This document shows, piece after piece, positions 61,666 to 64,000 of a stretch of DNA of 64,000 bases. The DNA is from Lophium mytilinum (lineage: Eukaryota): contig MU004203.1 in the NCBI GenBank assembly GCA_010093605.1, forward strand, positions 86,156 to 150,155, written 5' to 3'. Below the pieces are notes generated by a model that saw only the letters and a program-made list of their open reading frames with translations, ran no database searches and was not told where the DNA came from. Each line of letters begins with the position of its first letter. Position 1 is the first letter of the stretch. The position numbers and the translations under genes were made by a program.

Positions 61666-64000
61666 GCAGAAATGGACTGACAGTTAGGAAACTGACATAT
61701 GAAAGACGGGATCACGTGTGAAGAACCAAGTTATGAAAAGGCCCATGGACCACCGGAGTTTGGAAAGAGTGACATTCTTGGAGAATGCGTACTAAGAAAG
61801 GGCACCACCCCTACGGAGACGAACTCACATTTTTGACTGACGAAGCCCTTGACTTGGAACGGATGTCACACCTGACTTTGGAGACTTTGAGAATTACAAG
61901 CTGAAGAAGAGCAGAAAGCCCGACCAGGAAGGAAATCGAACCTCCGAAAAGACTACTACCAAGGACGGCGTTGATTTGAGATTTGACATTGAGAAAAGGT
62001 CCGGAAAAGACAGTGCCGAGAAAGAGCCGCAGGCCACGATCACGTTGTGAGGGAAGCAGATCGCCTACCGTGCCTACCTCATTACGCGATACCAACCTCC
62101 GCCCTACGCGAAAGACCTACCTAGTTGTCGATGAGCTTCCGGAGTGTACTTTTACTTCTGATTTTACGCGCTGTCATTGTCTTGTTTGATGTACAACGAG
62201 AAGATCTGGGACACGCGAAAGGGTCTCTCTTCAGGGCTCGCACCCACGATGCCGCGAAGCGTGGCGCATGTCGCAGTATAGAAACAACGTCGCCAAATAA
62301 TTTGTGAGCGGGCGAGGTTCACTGGTTGAAGGTTAGTAAGTATCCCGTCCTGCGAGGTGCATAGCCGTAGCTGACATACCTTTCCATACTGGCAAGAAAG
62401 AAACCATATACCAAATAAACACGACCGGTATCCAAGATCAAACCGTAACACACCCAGGTTCAAGCTCCAAATATCCAGAACCGCCATCTGGAACTAGGGG
62501 TAACGATCCAGACTCGTATACGAACGACTAATATGGATCAACGCCAACTCCATCATGGGCTGGAACATCTTGAAACATCTGGCCTAGCGTATCAGACCCT
62601 TATGCGACGCGACGGAGTATGTCGTCGAGCACCCGCCGCTAGTAGCTGAGATCGCTTTGGCGCCGAGTCAATCCCAGCAATTGCAGCCTTCTGCGCTCTC
62701 GCGACCGATGATATGGCCTAGCTCTGCCTCCATTATAGGCCGAAGGATCTTACGCAGCCTTTCGGAAGATCTTATACGAAGCGAAGAAGGGGTATATGGT
62801 CGGACATCCGGCGCCCGCTGGGATCGATTACTATCAAGTCGACCCCAGCAAAGGCAGCCTCCTGCGCTCTCGCGACAAGATGTACTCAGCCCAGAGATAT
62901 CGCATTTCCCGAGGATCATAAGCTATCGTCGTTGTCTTCGGCTGTTATACTGGTCGGCATCTGTCTGGGAAAGGAAGCCGTGACGTGTCTTCGTGACGCT
63001 ATGGAGCGCGAGAAGGTGCTGACGTGTTGGCCGGCCCTGGACGTTGTTCATGCGACGGAGAATATGCTGGAAAGACCTAACAAGAGTTAGCATCACGACT
63101 CCGATCCCATGGATGAGTATTGCGAAGGCCCGATGGAATGCGCATCCCCGCGCATGGAGTGCCGCTTGGGATGAGTCGAATGGGAAGCAGCAACGGCTCA
63201 AGAATACTCTCTCTCAGCAAGTGAGGAGATGCTTGATTAGGAAGAGATGACTTACTTCTTCGCGGCCTCTATTTCGCGAGGGCTCGTCCTCCCATGGATG
63301 CATGCCGAGGGGGGATGTTGGGAGGCCAAGTTGCCGCGACGGGATCTCCAGACGAAGCCGGACATTCTGGGTTAGGCTTTCGGGAGACTCTGCATCTCTG
63401 GTCCAATTTTGAGGAGTGCGCGCGCCTTTTACGTCCTGGATTGCCGGAATGCCCGCTGCGACTGAGGAGCAGGCTCTGATCAACGCGGTCAGCATGGGGA
63501 GCAGCGGACGAAGCCGGCTCGATCGAAGGAAAGCTTACCATAGAGGTTATCCAAGGGATTCCGGAGCCGCTATACCTGGCTAGACTCTCGCTGCCCCCTA
63601 GGAGGATCTCGTGCGAGGATGTCGCCGTCGTCGTCGTGCGGTGTCGCAGACAGCTCCCGCGGGGATCCAGGGGGGATAGATCTGACCAGCTCATATTGCT
63701 GGAGCTCCTGCTCCGTTATGCGGTCCGTTGCTGCCATGGACGAGTATGCCTGGCCGATGTTGTAGGAGGGATGGTTGTGGGCGGGACGAAGCGACCCAAA
63801 GGTCCAAGCGGGTCATCGATGGCCGGCGCCCTGTGAGAGGCTGCGGAGCCCCGGAGTAGCCACGAACCCGCTCTATTCGAGCTGTAAGAAGATGAGGAGC
63901 TGTAGATGGAGTCCAGAGTCGGTCTTGGGCAAGGCCGAAGCCCGAAAGATGGATGGGTGGGTCTTACCTTGGTGTTGAGGGTCGTGCCTGCCCGGGATCG

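Noticed and set aside
1..64000. Starship captain, DDE transposase, reverse transcriptase or Helitron Rep
   Set aside because: No such motifs recognised; the helicase piece is UPF1-like rather than PIF1-like. A mobilising gene could lie outside the window.

Overview
Fungal (filamentous-ascomycete-like) DNA with spliceosomal introns and almost no intact housekeeping genes; it looks like an accessory or heterochromatic island. Five intact paralogues of an unannotated family lie here. Three are large (3944-7984 +, 26667-30776 -, 49486-55191 +) and share a novel 'GDG..D..G..+G.W' plus Cys4 domain, a segment resembling part of the Sin3 HDAC-interacting domain, and a C-terminal Myb/SANT-like domain. 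Two short members keep only the first domain (32533-33276) or only the last (40485-41570). There are two intron-containing U6 snRNA genes with a TATA box and a downstream B box, and a candidate tRNA-like Pol III unit. Degenerate satellite arrays (about 107, 150 and 160 bp units) flank the largest gene in inverted orientation. Short captured host-gene fragments (Argonaute, QIP/Gfd2-like exonuclease, UPF1-like helicase, GSK-3, Nrp1, amino-acid permease) occur throughout, some inserted inside repeat units. No transposase or recombinase was recognised. All homology calls are from memory of the families, not from searches.
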